From Eledone cirrhosa (Eukaryota), in assembly GCA_964016885.1 (NCBI GenBank), contig OZ024741.1, positions 175,522,001 through 175,586,000 on the forward strand: 64,000 bases of DNA, in the 5' to 3' direction. The notes beneath the pieces were generated by a model. It saw nothing but the letters and a program-made list of their open reading frames with translations, had not been told where the DNA came from and made no database searches. Within the stretch, counting starts at the first letter, position 1, and each line of letters begins with the position of its first letter. Of this stretch, positions 29,586 through 43,523 are shown piece after piece. Position numbers and translations under genes: made by a program.

Positions 29586-30099
29586 AGAATGTGTGTGTGT
29601 GTGTGTATGAGAATGTGTGTGTGTGTGTGTATGAGAATGTGTGTGTGTGTGTGTGTGTGTGTTTGGAGTTAACCAAAGAGAGTTAATACAGCCGAGTAAT
29701 AATATTTTCAAGTCCAATAGAAAACTAGAAGAGATGTTGTTTTAAGAATAGAAGAAATAAAGAAAAGAACATATAATAACACATCGTATTTATATTTTTC
29801 ATAATAGATGAACTCCTCTGCTATGTTTTTCTTTGGGACTTGCGGAATCCCAGTTCATTGTATAATCGTTTATATTGCAACTGAAAATGTACAATATTTA
29901 ATAATTGTTTCTACTTTTGGCACATATTTAATAATTGTTTGTTGTTCTCAATATAATTTTCTTTCTTTTACTAAATCATAACATAAGTTGAATAAGACGT
30001 ATTGAAATATTTATAAGACAATTAAATGATTACAGAAATGTACACCACCATTTCAATTTGTTACACCCGCACACACACACACACACACACGCGCACACA

Positions 30100-30179
<80 letters not shown>

Positions 30180-30186
30180 CACACAC

Positions 30187-30266
<80 letters not shown>

Positions 30267-30339
30267 ATATCTATCTATAGACAGCTCACACGAAGTTATC
30301 AACAGACAAAATACTTAATCCCACCACACTTAGACAGAA

Positions 30340-31310
30340 TAGATATCCATTTAGTTTAGACGTAGTATCCCTCTATAACCCTGGCCCCTCCTCGGCCATC
30401 GACTTAAGTACTGACAACATCATCGTCTCTAAGGATCTGAAATGTTTAGGGCTCACTGGGTCTGAAATGTTTAGGGCTCACTGCTGCTGACACCCACAAC
30501 CTGCTGTATGTCGTCATGCGCAACACCCTTTTCCAGTTCGGGGGCTCCATCTATAAACAAATTTCGGGGCTTCGATGGAGTCATGTCCCTCAGACCTGCT
30601 GACCACTACATCTGTTCCTTATTTTCCAGGCACGTAGATGATGGTTGATGCTCATTTCCCAACGTGAAGAAACTGTCAAGATTTACGTCTTCGAAAACGT
30701 AGACACACACCTGAAATTTGAGGTTGAGCATGCCCACACCATTGGATCCATCTCTCAATTCGACTTTGCACAGAGACACAGAGGAGAGATCCATATACAC
30801 AAAGGTTTACAAGAAGAATACCCCCAGAGACAATTTTGTGCACCATGATTCCGCTCTTCCCCACAAAATCTAAATGGAATGTTTTCTTTCGGATGCACAA
30901 CAAATACAGCGAGGGTAGCAATAATCATACCAGCATGGTGGAATTCCAGAGAGCTCTCACAGAAATGGCTACCCTACATCTTTCACCAAATACTGAAATG
31001 CCAAAAAAGCAACATTTAAAGGAAACAAAGAGAATACGTGCCCCTAGAAGTAACATATGGTACCTAAAACTTCCACACTTCAATCAGTTTGGATGGGACC
31101 ACCCATGCTAGCTAACTCGCCTATATGAAGAGGTTTCCATTAAGAGTCGGGATCCGATCGCCTGATTAAAACAGAGCCGATCGATATCGAAACAGCTATA
31201 ACTACAGTCGCGTTAAACCTGGAGCACAATCAAACGAGAGACGAACCCCGGAACAGCATCGAGGGCTTCGACCAGCGTCACAGCTGCTATCCATAAATTA
31301 CTCACATAAT
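30340..31310 (+). mobile_element. Degraded Penelope-like element RT region
   Basis: Fragmented peptides PFSLDVVSLY, LLYVVMRNTLFQFGGSIYKQISGL, RHVDD, NVDTHLKFEVEH, VYKKNT and HHDSALP follow the PLE RT motif order. Confidence 0.8.
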
Positions 31311-31344
31311 GATGCCCCCACCCCACACACATACACACACACAT

Positions 31345-31377
<33 letters not shown>

Positions 31378-31463
31378 CACACGCGCGCACATATATATAC
31401 ATATATGTATGTAAAAGGTAGGTAAACAGAAATAAGTACACAATCGGTACAGTATATGGAAGG

Positions 31464-32422
31464 ACACAACAGAACCCTCTGTGTTCAGAGAACGTGAGTC
31501 CGCCTGTGAGACGTGGGATCGGCTGGGACTTATCCCAGTAGACGTCCCTCCTCCTTCTCCCCCTGTTGACGTCAAGTCCCCCAACGCACTTGGGATGCCA
31601 TCCAGTGCAGCCTGGCCTCAGACAGGCTCACGCGCCAGCTCGACCAGCACCGCCTTGCTTGTTTTCGTGCGGCCTCCAAACCCCACAGTGGTGCCTGGCT
31701 CCATGCTCTGCCTTCCTTCTCCACTGGCACGCAGCTATACAACCATAGCCTGCGAATCGGCGTTTCCCTGAGGCTCGGCCTACGGATCTGCCAGCCACAC
31801 CAATGTCCCTGCGGTTCCACCGTGGACTCTTTCAGCCTCCACCCGCTTTCATGTCGCCACAGTCTCGGCCGCATTCCACCAAATACTGCCCTCAACGAGG
31901 TCATTAAGCATGGCTTGGACGCTGTAGGCTTCCCTTCCCAGCTTGAGCCGGTGGGGCTGGATCGACGGGACGGCAAAAAGCCAGATGGCATGACCATCTT
32001 CCCGTTCCGTAGTGGCAAACCCCTCGTCTGGGATGCCACTTGCACCGACACTTTCTGCAGCCGCAACCTGGTGCAGTCTGCGACTGACCCAGGTTCTGCT
32101 GCACGTTGGGCTGAGGGGGCCAAACTCCTCAAATACCGGTCGCTCTCCGACAGGTTTGCGGTCGTTCCCCTGGCAGTGGAAACTTCTGGTGTCCTCGGCC
32201 CCAGGGCTACCTCCTTACTCACCACCATAGGCGCTGAGCTGGTCAGCCGTAAGTGTGAGCCCCGCGAGTTGGAGTGGCTTTTCCAGCGCGTCTCCCTTGC
32301 CGCCCTCCGGGGAAACGCCTTCTCCATTCTGTCCGCCGGGGCTGTGGGTGGGCCCCATCGCGTACCATTACATTAGTTAAATAACATTCTTTTGTTTCAA
32401 ATACGTATTTGCTTTATATATT
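31464..32422 (+). mobile_element. 5'-truncated CRE-clade non-LTR retrotransposon (CCHC finger and restriction-like endonuclease)
   Basis: CPCG..VDSFSLHPLSC, LEPVGLDRRDGKKPDGMT..LVWDATC, AE..KLLKY, PLAVETSG, LFQRVSLA..RGNA; flanked by AGG on both sides inside a host repeat. Confidence 0.88.
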
Positions 32423-32452
32423 AGGTTAACGCTTGAAATAGCAGGAAGAGGG

Positions 32453-32488
32453 TCTTAACGTTTCGGACGCTAGTCCTTCATCAGAAGA
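32453..32488 (-). ncRNA. Minimal PLE-type hammerhead ribozyme
   Basis: Minus strand TCTT-CTGATGA-a-GGAC(tagc)GTCC-GAAA-CG-TT-AAGA; stem III reduced to the palindrome AACGTT. Confidence 0.8.
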
Positions 32489-32582
32489 AAGAATGCGAAA
32501 TACGACAGATTGAAGGGACGGGCGGGTTGGAATTAGAAAAAAATAACAGGTCCATTCACGTTGACATCTTTTGAAAAACTGT

Positions 32583-32622
<40 letters not shown>

Positions 32623-32754
32623 AGCACTTTCATTTTATATTCATCTTTTCTACATTTTCTCCGGTATATAATTTATACTCGTTGAGCAAACCTACACGTA
32701 CGCTGTTCATCTCTAACGTAACGATATATTATCACTACATTATTGATAACCTGA

Positions 32755-33023
<269 letters not shown>

Positions 33024-33049
33024 TACATATATATATATACATATATATA

Positions 33050-33802
33050 TATGGAATTATTTTGTATTATGAAATCCAAAAACATTTTATTAAATAACAG
33101 AATAGAGCGATCGTTATACTGTAACCATCGCTTAAAATCTACATTTTCTTATTACAAATACTACCAGGATTGAACGCCTGTCTCCATCTCCGTTTGATTG
33201 TCAAAATACATATTAACATTCTCTATTAGTCTTAATTCTATTATTTACCATTTAATATAAACTGCTATAGATAAAATGAGATTTCTTAATTCAATTCCCT
33301 AATGCATATACCAGCTGGCTACTAGCATTGATGTTATTCAGTAGCAGTCGAAATCTCCCCCTTCCTTAATTGACACTTTATAATTAATACTACTACACCA
33401 AATGACCAGCCCTGTCCATTGTTCAATTGGTCAAGTATAGATTAAAATAGGCACTCCCAAAAATTCTTATTTAGATAAAATAAACCATTTACTCATTGTA
33501 TTCTCATTAGAAACCCTTTATATACTTGTTTAGCAGTAAATTGAATTACCATCTGTCATATACTATCCCCTCTCTTCTTCCTCTATTACAACTAATATAA
33601 ATACTTCAATTTTTCTGATTTTTTCCAATTTGTCCAAAATCTCTGAAGAAGTGACAACTGATTATACATTTGCTATCGAATACTTGCTAACATTATATGA
33701 TTACGCAAGCAGCGATACATAGGTATTCCGTCTGTTACAGAAACATATGTCAATACATATTAAATTCCTTTTTTTTAAAAAAAGCACTTTCATTTTATAT
33801 TC

Positions 33803-33808
<6 letters not shown>
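33050..33808 (+). mobile_element. PLE 3' fragment (GIY-YIG C-terminus, 3' UTR, degenerate HHR)
   Basis: [26 protein letters not shown] resembles the E..I....LLN.R.E....C.HR ending of some PLE GIY-YIG domains; CTGAAGA at 33643 with a CTTGC/GCAAG stem. Confidence 0.55.
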
Positions 33809-33896
<88 letters not shown>

Positions 33897-33933
33897 AGTA
33901 TGTATGTATGTATGTATGTATGTAGAAGAAGAA

Positions 33934-35626
33934 CACGAAAGCTTTCGATACTGTTAACAGAGATGCATTATGGAAGGTTCTCCAGAAACTTGGTTGCCCT
34001 GATAAGTTCCTTGCTTTAGTTAGGTCTTTCCATGACGACATGAAGGCTTGGGTTAATGTCGGGGGTAACATGTCGGAGCCTATCTCAGTAAAAAATGGAG
34101 TGAAACAGGGGGATATTCCAGCACCGACCCTGTTTGCCATATACTTTGCAATGGTTTTCTGTATTGCATTCAGGAATTGCGAGCATGGTTTTTTACATCC
34201 GATATCGAACCTCAGGCAGCATATTTAACATCAGGCGCTTTGCTGCGAAGACAAAAGTATTTACATCAATCATAAGAGACCTCTTGTATGCAGATGATTG
34301 CGATCTTGTAGCGCACACAGAGAGTGATATGCAGCACATTTTGAATACATTTTCTGACGCTTGCACTGCCCTAGGTCTGACTGTCAGTCTCAAGAAAACC
34401 GTCGTCATGTACCAACCTGCCCCTGGTAAGCAGTACACTGAACCAAACATCTATGTGTATGGCAAACGACTTGGAGTGGTTGATCAGTTTGTCTACCTGG
34501 GAAGCACTGTCAATCGATACAGCAACCTTGACTGTGAAATCTCACTTAGGATTAGGAAAGCAAGTGATGCTTTCGGAAAGCTAGAAAGGCGACTCTGGGG
34601 TCGGCGAGATATATGCAGGAGGACAAAGGTAAATGTGTACAGGGCATGTGTGCTCTCTTGTCTTCTTTATGCCTGCTAGACCTGGGTCACATATCGACGT
34701 CACCTTAAGCAATTGGAGCGTTTCCATCAGATGTGTCTCAGACGGATCCATGGCGTTCACTGGAGGGACCACATCAGTGATGTCGAGATTTTGGAAAGCT
34801 CTATGTGTGACAGTATAGAAGCTCTTGTGCTTAAGCAACGACTCCGTTGGAGTGGTCACCTTGCCAGGATGAAGGATTCTAGAATACCAAAACAACTCTT
34901 TTATGGAGAGTTGGTTAAAGGAAAACGACCGCCACATAAACCAAAAAGGAGGTATAAGGATTCCTTGAAAGCCTCTCTGAAAGACGCTAACATCTCTGCT
35001 GATACATGGGAGAATATTGCTGCTGATCGTAATAAATGGAGAAAGACTGTATATGAGGGAAAAGTTGCCTTTGAGGCACCTCGAATCGCATACGAGAAAG
35101 TAAAGCGGGATGTGAGGAGGCGCATTGCTGTTGCACTTCCAGACGGCGAGGGTCCTCCTATGGTGCTGACATGCAGCGTATGTGCGAGACTCTGCCTAAG
35201 CAAAGCTGGACTCGAAAGTCATCTTCGCAGTCATAAAGTAAGACCATTGGTTGACTACCAGGCTGCTGTTGGAGATGCTACTCATCATGCTTGCCAAACA
35301 TGTGGTAGAGAATGTAAATCAGCAGGAGGGCTCAAGCGACATGCAAAAGTACACGAACTCCAACCACAGCCGACTATTCCCAGTGAATGTTTTGGTTGCC
35401 GACTCTGTGCAAGACATTTTAAATCATTGGCTGGGCTAAAAAGCCACATTCGATCGCAGCGCTGTTAGTTGCTATCGTGTGTGTGTGTAGATATGCTTAT
35501 GTGTGTGCGTGTGTGTGTATATATATATATGTATATGTATATTATTATTGTTGTTGTCGTTATTATTATTGTTGTTATGATTATTATTATTATTATTGTT
35601 ATTAATGTATGTGTGTGTATATGTGT

Positions 35627-35668
<42 letters not shown>

Positions 35669-35714
35669 ATGTATATGTATATATATATTTCTTTTTTTTT
35701 CTTTTTTTTCTTTT

Positions 35715-35771
<57 letters not shown>

Positions 35772-35833
35772 ATTTTTTTTTCTTTCTCCTCGTGCAATGG
35801 CAATACTCGATAACGAGGGGGCAGCCATCATCA
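33934..35833 (+). mobile_element. 5'-truncated RTE (BovB-like) LINE with C-terminal C2H2 fingers
   Basis: KAFDTVNR, GVKQGDIPAPTLF, LLYADD (near 34281-34298), FVYLGS, QRLRWSGHLARM..RIPKQLFYGEL; one frameshift and one stop; 3' hairpin CTCGATAACGAG plus (CAT)n end. Confidence 0.93.
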
Positions 35834-35879
35834 TGTATGTATGTATATATATATATATATATACAGAGAGGGAGAGAGT

Positions 35880-36165
35880 GGAGGCACGTGGCCTTGTGGA
35901 AAAGGTGTTGGACTTACGATCCTAAAGTCATGGGTTCCATTCCTGGGTTGCGTGTTATGTTCTTGAGCAAAACACTTCATCTAACGTTGCTCCAGTATAC
36001 TCACCTGAGCTGAAAATGAGTACAAGCAATAGTACATGTCTCCCCCCTGCGATGGACTGACGTCGTTTCCAGGGTGGAGTCTTGTACTCTCATTCACTTA
36101 ACGCCATGAAACCGTGATAAGCACCGGCCAAATGAGCCTTCTGGCTTAAGACAGACTTTAGACTT
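35880..36165 (+). mobile_element. tRNA-derived SINE family B (CORE-like)
   Basis: tRNA-like head GTGGCCTTGTGG..GGGTTCCATTCC, then TGTTCTTGAGCAAAACACTT; (TTTAGAC) tail. Confidence 0.75.
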
Positions 36166-38054
36166 TTAGATATAAATATACATAGTAACTTAGTGGTTCG
36201 AAAAAAGAGATCCATAAATATGTGTTCGATATGATCGACATTATGAAAGTGCCTCAACATTCGTTGTCTAATGAATGAAACTAGTAGAATAATAAAATAA
36301 TATACATAGTATCATAATGAATACGGATTCAGTTGATCCTAAGATTATTACTGTTTCTCAACAACGCTTGAAAATCCTTTCTTTGCAGCAAATCCCCATT
36401 CAATAGTTAAATGCACCGAACGGCATTTAACCTGCACGATTGAATTCCGTTACATTGTTAATGATATTTTTACATATGGAACTCTAAATATATATCATTG
36501 TTTTACGTTGCATAGGTACATACACGTTTTTTTTTTATCCGCACATATATATTGTATATACATTCTATATTCTTTTGTATGACCTATTCTTATTTCTACT
36601 TTAAATTTCAAGCTGTATCCGTATTTTTTTAAATACCAGCTACGTCGTTATTCAAGGCGGCGTACTGAATTGGCCTGGAATAAGATATAGTGGAGAGAAC
36701 GGCTTTTGGGGCTTGGATTTCAAACCCGCTGATCTCAATTTTATTTTTCATTCTTTCGAGCTCTATAAAAAACGTACCAATTCAATACTGGACTCGATTC
36801 TTGCTGTATATCTCTTTATCTCATTATTTCTCCTTCTCTAGGAGAAATCGTGTGTGTTCAAATCTGGAGAGGAGATCGGATCCGACAGGTCTCAAAGTGT
36901 CGTGTCCACAACGGCAGCCCTACAATTCCACCAGGAGTTTCGCGTCCATGCATAGATTGTTATACAGTGATTTTACTTGTTTTATAACAATTAATTTGCA
37001 TTCGCGATACAATCCGAAGATGTTTATAGTATACTCATTATATACTGAGTTTTTGTTTCAGAGTGCATAATTAAATCATCGGTAAGTAGAATCATAGATA
37101 AGGATGGTTAAAATGCTAGCTTCCAATAAATTCTCTTAGTAGCCCACCCCTCCAAACTCTCCCTCTCTATTGTCAGAAAAACCAACTCAATTTCTTTGAT
37201 GGAATGCTCACCACTGTTACGAACAATGATCCACGTCGTTCGTGGTAGAATCGTTATAGTTTATTTTATATCAAGACAAAATACACTATTTGGGTCAGAG
37301 AGCATGTATATGCCAATAACATAAATATCAAACATATACATGCTCTCTGACTCAAATAGTGTATTTCTGTCTTGATATAAAACAACACGCATGGCTTGTT
37401 TGTATATGCCAATAACAAAAATATCCTATTACCAGCGACAACATCATATATACAAACAAGCCATACATGTTGTTTAGCCTCAGGTTAGCTATGATGAAAA
37501 ACAAAAAAAAGATCAAAGACGTCTTAGAAATGTCTTGCCATGCTTTCTTGTTCCATTTTTTTTTAGATTGTTGGATATGTGATCTGAAGGGGAATTTGCG
37601 GCAATTCCTATCAGTTTTGATTGATATGGGTAGCCTGTGAGGCGATTTGAGAGATAATATTTGATTATATCTACAGGAAAGATTTTCAAAATAAATCGCG
37701 ACATTTTCGAGTGTCACCGATAATCTCCAGCTGTGTCATGATATCAAGTCCTATTTGAGATCTGACAACGCTGCGTAATATTAGACACATAATATTATTT
37801 AATTGCGTAATCAATGTGTCATAAAAGAATAGTATTTTTTCCAAAATGTCTTTAAATATGAAATGTTTCTGAAGCCCTGATCTAGCAAAATAATTGGAAC
37901 CTGTTTTGATTGCACATGGCGAGATCCGCAAGTAAGACTAGCTTATGCAGTGCATCACCCTCACCATTTTGCGATGCCTCCATTCGCTCTTCTGGTCGCC
38001 GAGATTATGAAACAAAATCACCTGTTAGTTTGAGACGATATAATGGTTTTTGGT

Positions 38055-38255
38055 TAAGGCACAATACCAACATTGTTTGGGGATGGGAAAGTCGATTAAA
38101 TCGACCCCAGTGCATTACTGGTACTTTGTTTTATCGACCCTCCCTCCTATAAAGATGAAAAGCAAAGCTAACCCCGAAAGGATTTGAATTCAGATCGTAG
38201 ACGGGCGTAATCCTTTACCATGAAACATTGTCCGACTCTCTACCGATACTGCAAA
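38055..38255 (-). mobile_element. SINE family A copy
   Basis: Reverse complement of family A. Confidence 0.75.
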
Positions 38256-38311
38256 TAGTGGTTATTATATTCATTTCCTTTACAAAATCATAAGCGGTGT
38301 ATTTTGTTTTT

Positions 38312-38382
<71 letters not shown>

Positions 38383-38439
38383 ATGTTATATATAGTATAT
38401 TGTTGGACTTCGTCGTTTCCGATGAGAAGTACTTAAGTT

Positions 38440-38690
38440 GACACAATCAATGGAACTGCCTGCTCGTGAAATTAACATTTCAAAAACACGTGTACCGTTA
38501 AAGGAGTTCTCAGTACAATGTATGACAAGGCTGACTCCTTTGTATTAGAAGTATAACTCATTTTTTTTGCTGAGTGGACTGGAGCAACATGAAATAAAGT
38601 GTCCTGCTCAATGACACAACGCGCCGCCCAGTCCGGGAATCGAACTCATAAACTTACACTCAGGAACTGAACACCCAACTACTAAGCGAT
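38440..38690 (-). mobile_element. SINE family B-related copy
   Basis: GGAGCAACATGAAATAAAGTGTCCTGCTCAATGACAC..GGGAATCGAACTC is the reverse of the CORE-like block and B-box. Confidence 0.7.
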
Positions 38691-38761
38691 GCAACAGTCT
38701 TTTTTAAAATTAGAAATATTATTCATTGTTTCAATACTCCTTCATTATTTCTACTAAAAAG

Positions 38762-38980
38762 GGCAGTGGATTGGGAGCATCGGTAGAAGGTCGGACGCCA
38801 TGCTTTGCAGCATAGAGTTAAGGCTCTTTATGATCCGAGCACAAATCCCGCCGAGGTTAACTTTGCCTTTCATACTTATGGGGTCTATAAAATAAAGTAC
38901 CAGTCACGCACTGGGGTCGATTTAATCGACTTTCCCCTGCCCCAAAATTGCCTTGTGCCTATACTAGAAACCATTATTTC
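38762..38980 (+). mobile_element. SINE family A copy
   Basis: Family A head and central block. Confidence 0.8.
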
Positions 38981-40875
38981 TGCTAAGAATACGGAAAACG
39001 TACAACAATATTTGTAGTCAATATATGTAGTATCTCTCTTCTCTACCTGTAACTCCCGGTGGAGTCGTCGGAGCGTAATATTGATATACGGCGTTTTTAG
39101 GGCATCTTTGAACTAGGCGGAGCCCATCTCCTCATCCAGGTCAAAGTACAGAAAATTCCTTCCAGAGAAAGATAGAGAGTGAGAGAAAGAAAGTGAGAAA
39201 GAGATATAGAGGAAGAATCGACCCTATTACTAGACTTGTAAGTTTTTTATTGACCTTAATTGGATGAAAGGCAAAGCTGTCTTCAGCGGGATTTGAACTC
39301 AAAGAGCAAAGAGTCGGAATGAATACTGTAAAGCATTCTTTCTGACGTTCTAGCAACTCTGCCAATTCGCCGCCTTCATATGTAGTATACACCCACATAA
39401 TAGATATATCCAATAATGAATATATCAACGGTTTATAGTGGAAATCAACACCACTCGTTGATGACCACTATATAAAATTAACATAATTTTGGTGATATTG
39501 CTCGAATGTCCCAGGTCATCCCTGATAGCAAGAGCTTAGCCATATCTTTTAATCTGTGACCATCCTGTCTTTTCATGGCTATTTATCTAAGACTATGTTA
39601 ACCAATGTATCTTTCCCTTAGTGTTTATTAAATCAGAATTGTGTAATTTGAGAGATGTTTGGCTGCTATTTCTAGCTGGTAGAGCGATGATGGATTTGTT
39701 TCTTTTTCATGTGCACACATTTATAAAGTGTTAGTTGAGTGGAAAAAATATTTACCAACTATAGAATCAATGCTGTATATAGCATGAACAGCTACACTAT
39801 GCACATTATTTGTATTCCAATTTCCTTCTTGAAGATTTATAGCGAATTTTGAAATTGCATCTTTTATGACTGTACATAGTCCTACACCAGGACACAAAAT
39901 CACAAAATAGACTTCTACGCAATAAATCTCTTCTATCTATATCTGGAACACTGAACCAGACGAGCTTTTAATATTGCTATACTTCCAGACACAAAATAAA
40001 CAAATAAGCATCAGAAAACAGAGTTTGTGAATAGCCATTTTGAAATCTATTTATGTCTTAATTTCGTGCCAAACAAGGGGAAAAGTGGTAATAAGTAAAA
40101 TGAAGAGACCAAAAAGTTTTCGTTATTTTTACTCGAAATTGGTATTGGTACCAACTAATCTCGGAACAAATCTTTCTCGTGGGGCTGAATAAAATATTTT
40201 CGAGATTTAACGCTGGAATATTTTCATGGAACTCTCAATATGGTATTTTAATGCGTGGATTTATGTGAAGCATGTAATACAAAGAAAAGCAAAAATAACA
40301 ACAACATCTTCACCACGACCAGCATACACATCCTATTAACAGCGACAACAGTAATAGCAAAAACATGAACAACAAGAACACCGAAAACAACGATGACATC
40401 AGCTCAATAATAGCAGAAACAGCAAAATCAACAATAGCACCACAGACATCAAAAACAACAACACCAACGAAGACAGCATACACACGAGCAATGACACAGC
40501 AACAATATACAGTATACATAAAATAGATAAACATTATCATCAGTAGAACCAACAAAATCAACAGAATAAATAATAACAAAAACAGTAAGAATAACAGACG
40601 CACGCAGAAAAACGCCGCTAAGCTGGTTAAATGTAATTTTAGTCTAAAAATCGAAATTCTAGTCTGGTAATGGAAACTTACACATAAAAACACAAGCTAA
40701 AAATAAAACAATAAGAATTATGATGCATGTGTGCAAGTTACGAGTCATCTAGGGGGGAATCAAAGGAGGATTACTGGGGAAAATAATGGAAGAAATAGGC
40801 AAAGAAACAGGTGAAAAATAATAGGAATAAATTGATAGTTTAGAGACTGTCATATATATATAAATATATATATAG

Positions 40876-41060
40876 TAATTGTTTCTACTTTAGGCACAAG
40901 GCCAGCAATTATCCAGTGCATTACTGGTACTTTATTTTATCGACCCCGTAAGGATGAAAGGCAACGTCAACCTCGGCGGGATTTGAACTCAGATCGTAAA
41001 GGGACGTAACTATGCTGGAAAGCATGGCGTCCGACCCTCTACCGATACTGCCAATCCAAG
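40876..41060 (-). mobile_element. SINE family A copy
   Basis: Near-identical reverse complement of family A. Confidence 0.88.
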
Positions 41061-41229
41061 TAATAATAATAAAATTGAAGACTAATATATATATATATAT
41101 AAATGAAAAAAGAATGAAACGAAATTTCATATCTCACTCTTAGTACGGCTGATACCTAAATATAAGTATGTATACGTACATACATATATGTGTACAGACG
41201 TACAGTAGTATGTATATATATACATACAT

Positions 41230-41275
<46 letters not shown>

Positions 41276-41362
41276 GGGTACATATATATATGCGTGCATG
41301 TATGTATATATATATACATACTACTGTACGTCTGTACACATATATTTATCTACGTATACATA

Positions 41363-41447
<85 letters not shown>

Positions 41448-41462
41448 GTGTGTGTGTATGTG

Positions 41463-41496
<34 letters not shown>

Positions 41497-41563
41497 TATA
41501 TATATATATATATGTCTGTATATATATATATATATGACAATCTCTAAACTATCAATTATTTTC

Positions 41564-41601
<38 letters not shown>

Positions 41602-41604
<3 letters not shown>

Positions 41605-41800
41605 CGAGGGCGTGCTGAATAGTTCCTGGCATTAGGTAAAAGAATATACAATTAATATTTTATTCAGGACATTCCCCTCTCAGGTTCACACGTTCATGGC
41701 AGCCGTCCTTCAGGTTTTCTTTAAAAAGAACTCGGAATATTGGGCCTTCAACCAGGCCTCTGCTCTAGCAATCAAGCCAGGAACAGAGGAACTCCTGGAA
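41602..41800. mobile_element. Mariner-type end fragment
   Basis: Begins TACGAGGGCGTGCTGAATAGTTCCTGGC in (TA)n; no complete opposite TIR is visible. Confidence 0.5.
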
Positions 41801-41815
41801 CACACACACAAATAC

Positions 41816-41847
<32 letters not shown>

Positions 41848-41867
41848 GAATGTATATGTATATGTAT

Positions 41868-42038
<171 letters not shown>

Positions 42039-42547
42039 GAAGGAAATGTGGTAAGGAACCAGATGGACCATAACGCACCAAAGTGCTCAATACTTAGGGT
42101 AGTAGAGTGGGTAATAGGAACGAGTAGGACCTCGACGGCTGAGCTCAAGCCGTTTCGACGGCTAATTCTGGACTAAAATATATAAATATATATATATATA
42201 TATACTTCTAAGTATATTAATAAACTGGATTATGTGTGTATATATAACAACGCACATGGTACAAGAACTTAGCGTGTCTCGTAGACTCTGACTACTAAAA
42301 ATAGCAGCCGGGTTTATTCGACATTTGAATTAGCTCGACGAATTAACGGAGCCGAATATATCAAAGGCATATATTGAGTTAGAAACTCAAAATAGTCTCT
42401 TACAATAAATTAGCTGTAGGAAAGAAATTTTTCCGAGCCGTATAATATAACTGAAGAAAAAAGAAAAACGAACACAGACATATACATAAATGTGTTCAAA
42501 TCGGAATTATAATAATTCTTCACCCGCTGATGAGCAAGGATTTGGTA

Positions 42548-42692
<145 letters not shown>

Positions 42693-42929
42693 AAGAGATT
42701 GACTTAACACGTCGGAAGATGATGTATGACATGCACTTGATAGGGCTGATGCCGACTGCTGCAAGTTAGGAAGGAAAACCAGTCATGCGAATACTGAGAC
42801 ATTAATCCTGTTAATGAAGCCAACGCAGTGCATTTTACATATGAATGGAGACCCACTGAAGCAGTTGGAGTTGACAAGTGATGGAAGGCAGGAGACTGAC
42901 TTAAGTGCAAGAACTGCATGATCTAGTCC

Positions 42930-43468
42930 AGCAATGCGCCAGTATCAGCGTTGGCTCAACAGAAGACGGGCGCTAGGTGTAAGAGTCAAACTCGCTATCT
43001 TCAATTCCGTGTATATGCTAACCCTTACCTATGGTCCTGAATCTTAGGTAATGATCGAACAAATACGATCGTGTATAAAAACGGCCCAAATGGGGTTACT
43101 CCGAAGAGTCTTTGGATAGCTCGAAGATCATCAATCAAGGTAGAGGGCTTGGCCACCATGCTCTTCCCAGAAATGACTAGGTGAAGAAGAAGAGAGTCGC
43201 TCCAGGTTGAGCCACTATTTCACCGAATTGAGAGATTACAGCTCCGATATTACGGACATGTTTTAGAATGTCTCAGGTAAGAATCATTGGATAGCTGGCA
43301 AGTGACCCGAGCAAGATGGTTAGATAATACCCACGAGCTCGGCTGGTCTCACTTTGGGATCCAACCGAATTAGTTATACAGACGGTTGCTTCTTACAGGA
43401 ATCGCTGGAATGAGTACTTGAGGATTTTGTCCCCACGAACCTCTCAGGAATAAGTAGGCAAAGAAGAT
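42930..43468 (+). mobile_element. RTE-clade (Rex3-like) LINE 3' fragment
   Basis: RVKLAIFNSVYMLTLTYGPES*VMIEQIRSCIKTAQMGLLRRV..VEPLFHRIERLQLRYYGHV. Confidence 0.8.
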
Positions 43469-43481
43469 ATCTGTGCGACTG

Positions 43482-43519
<38 letters not shown>

Positions 43520-43523
<4 letters not shown>

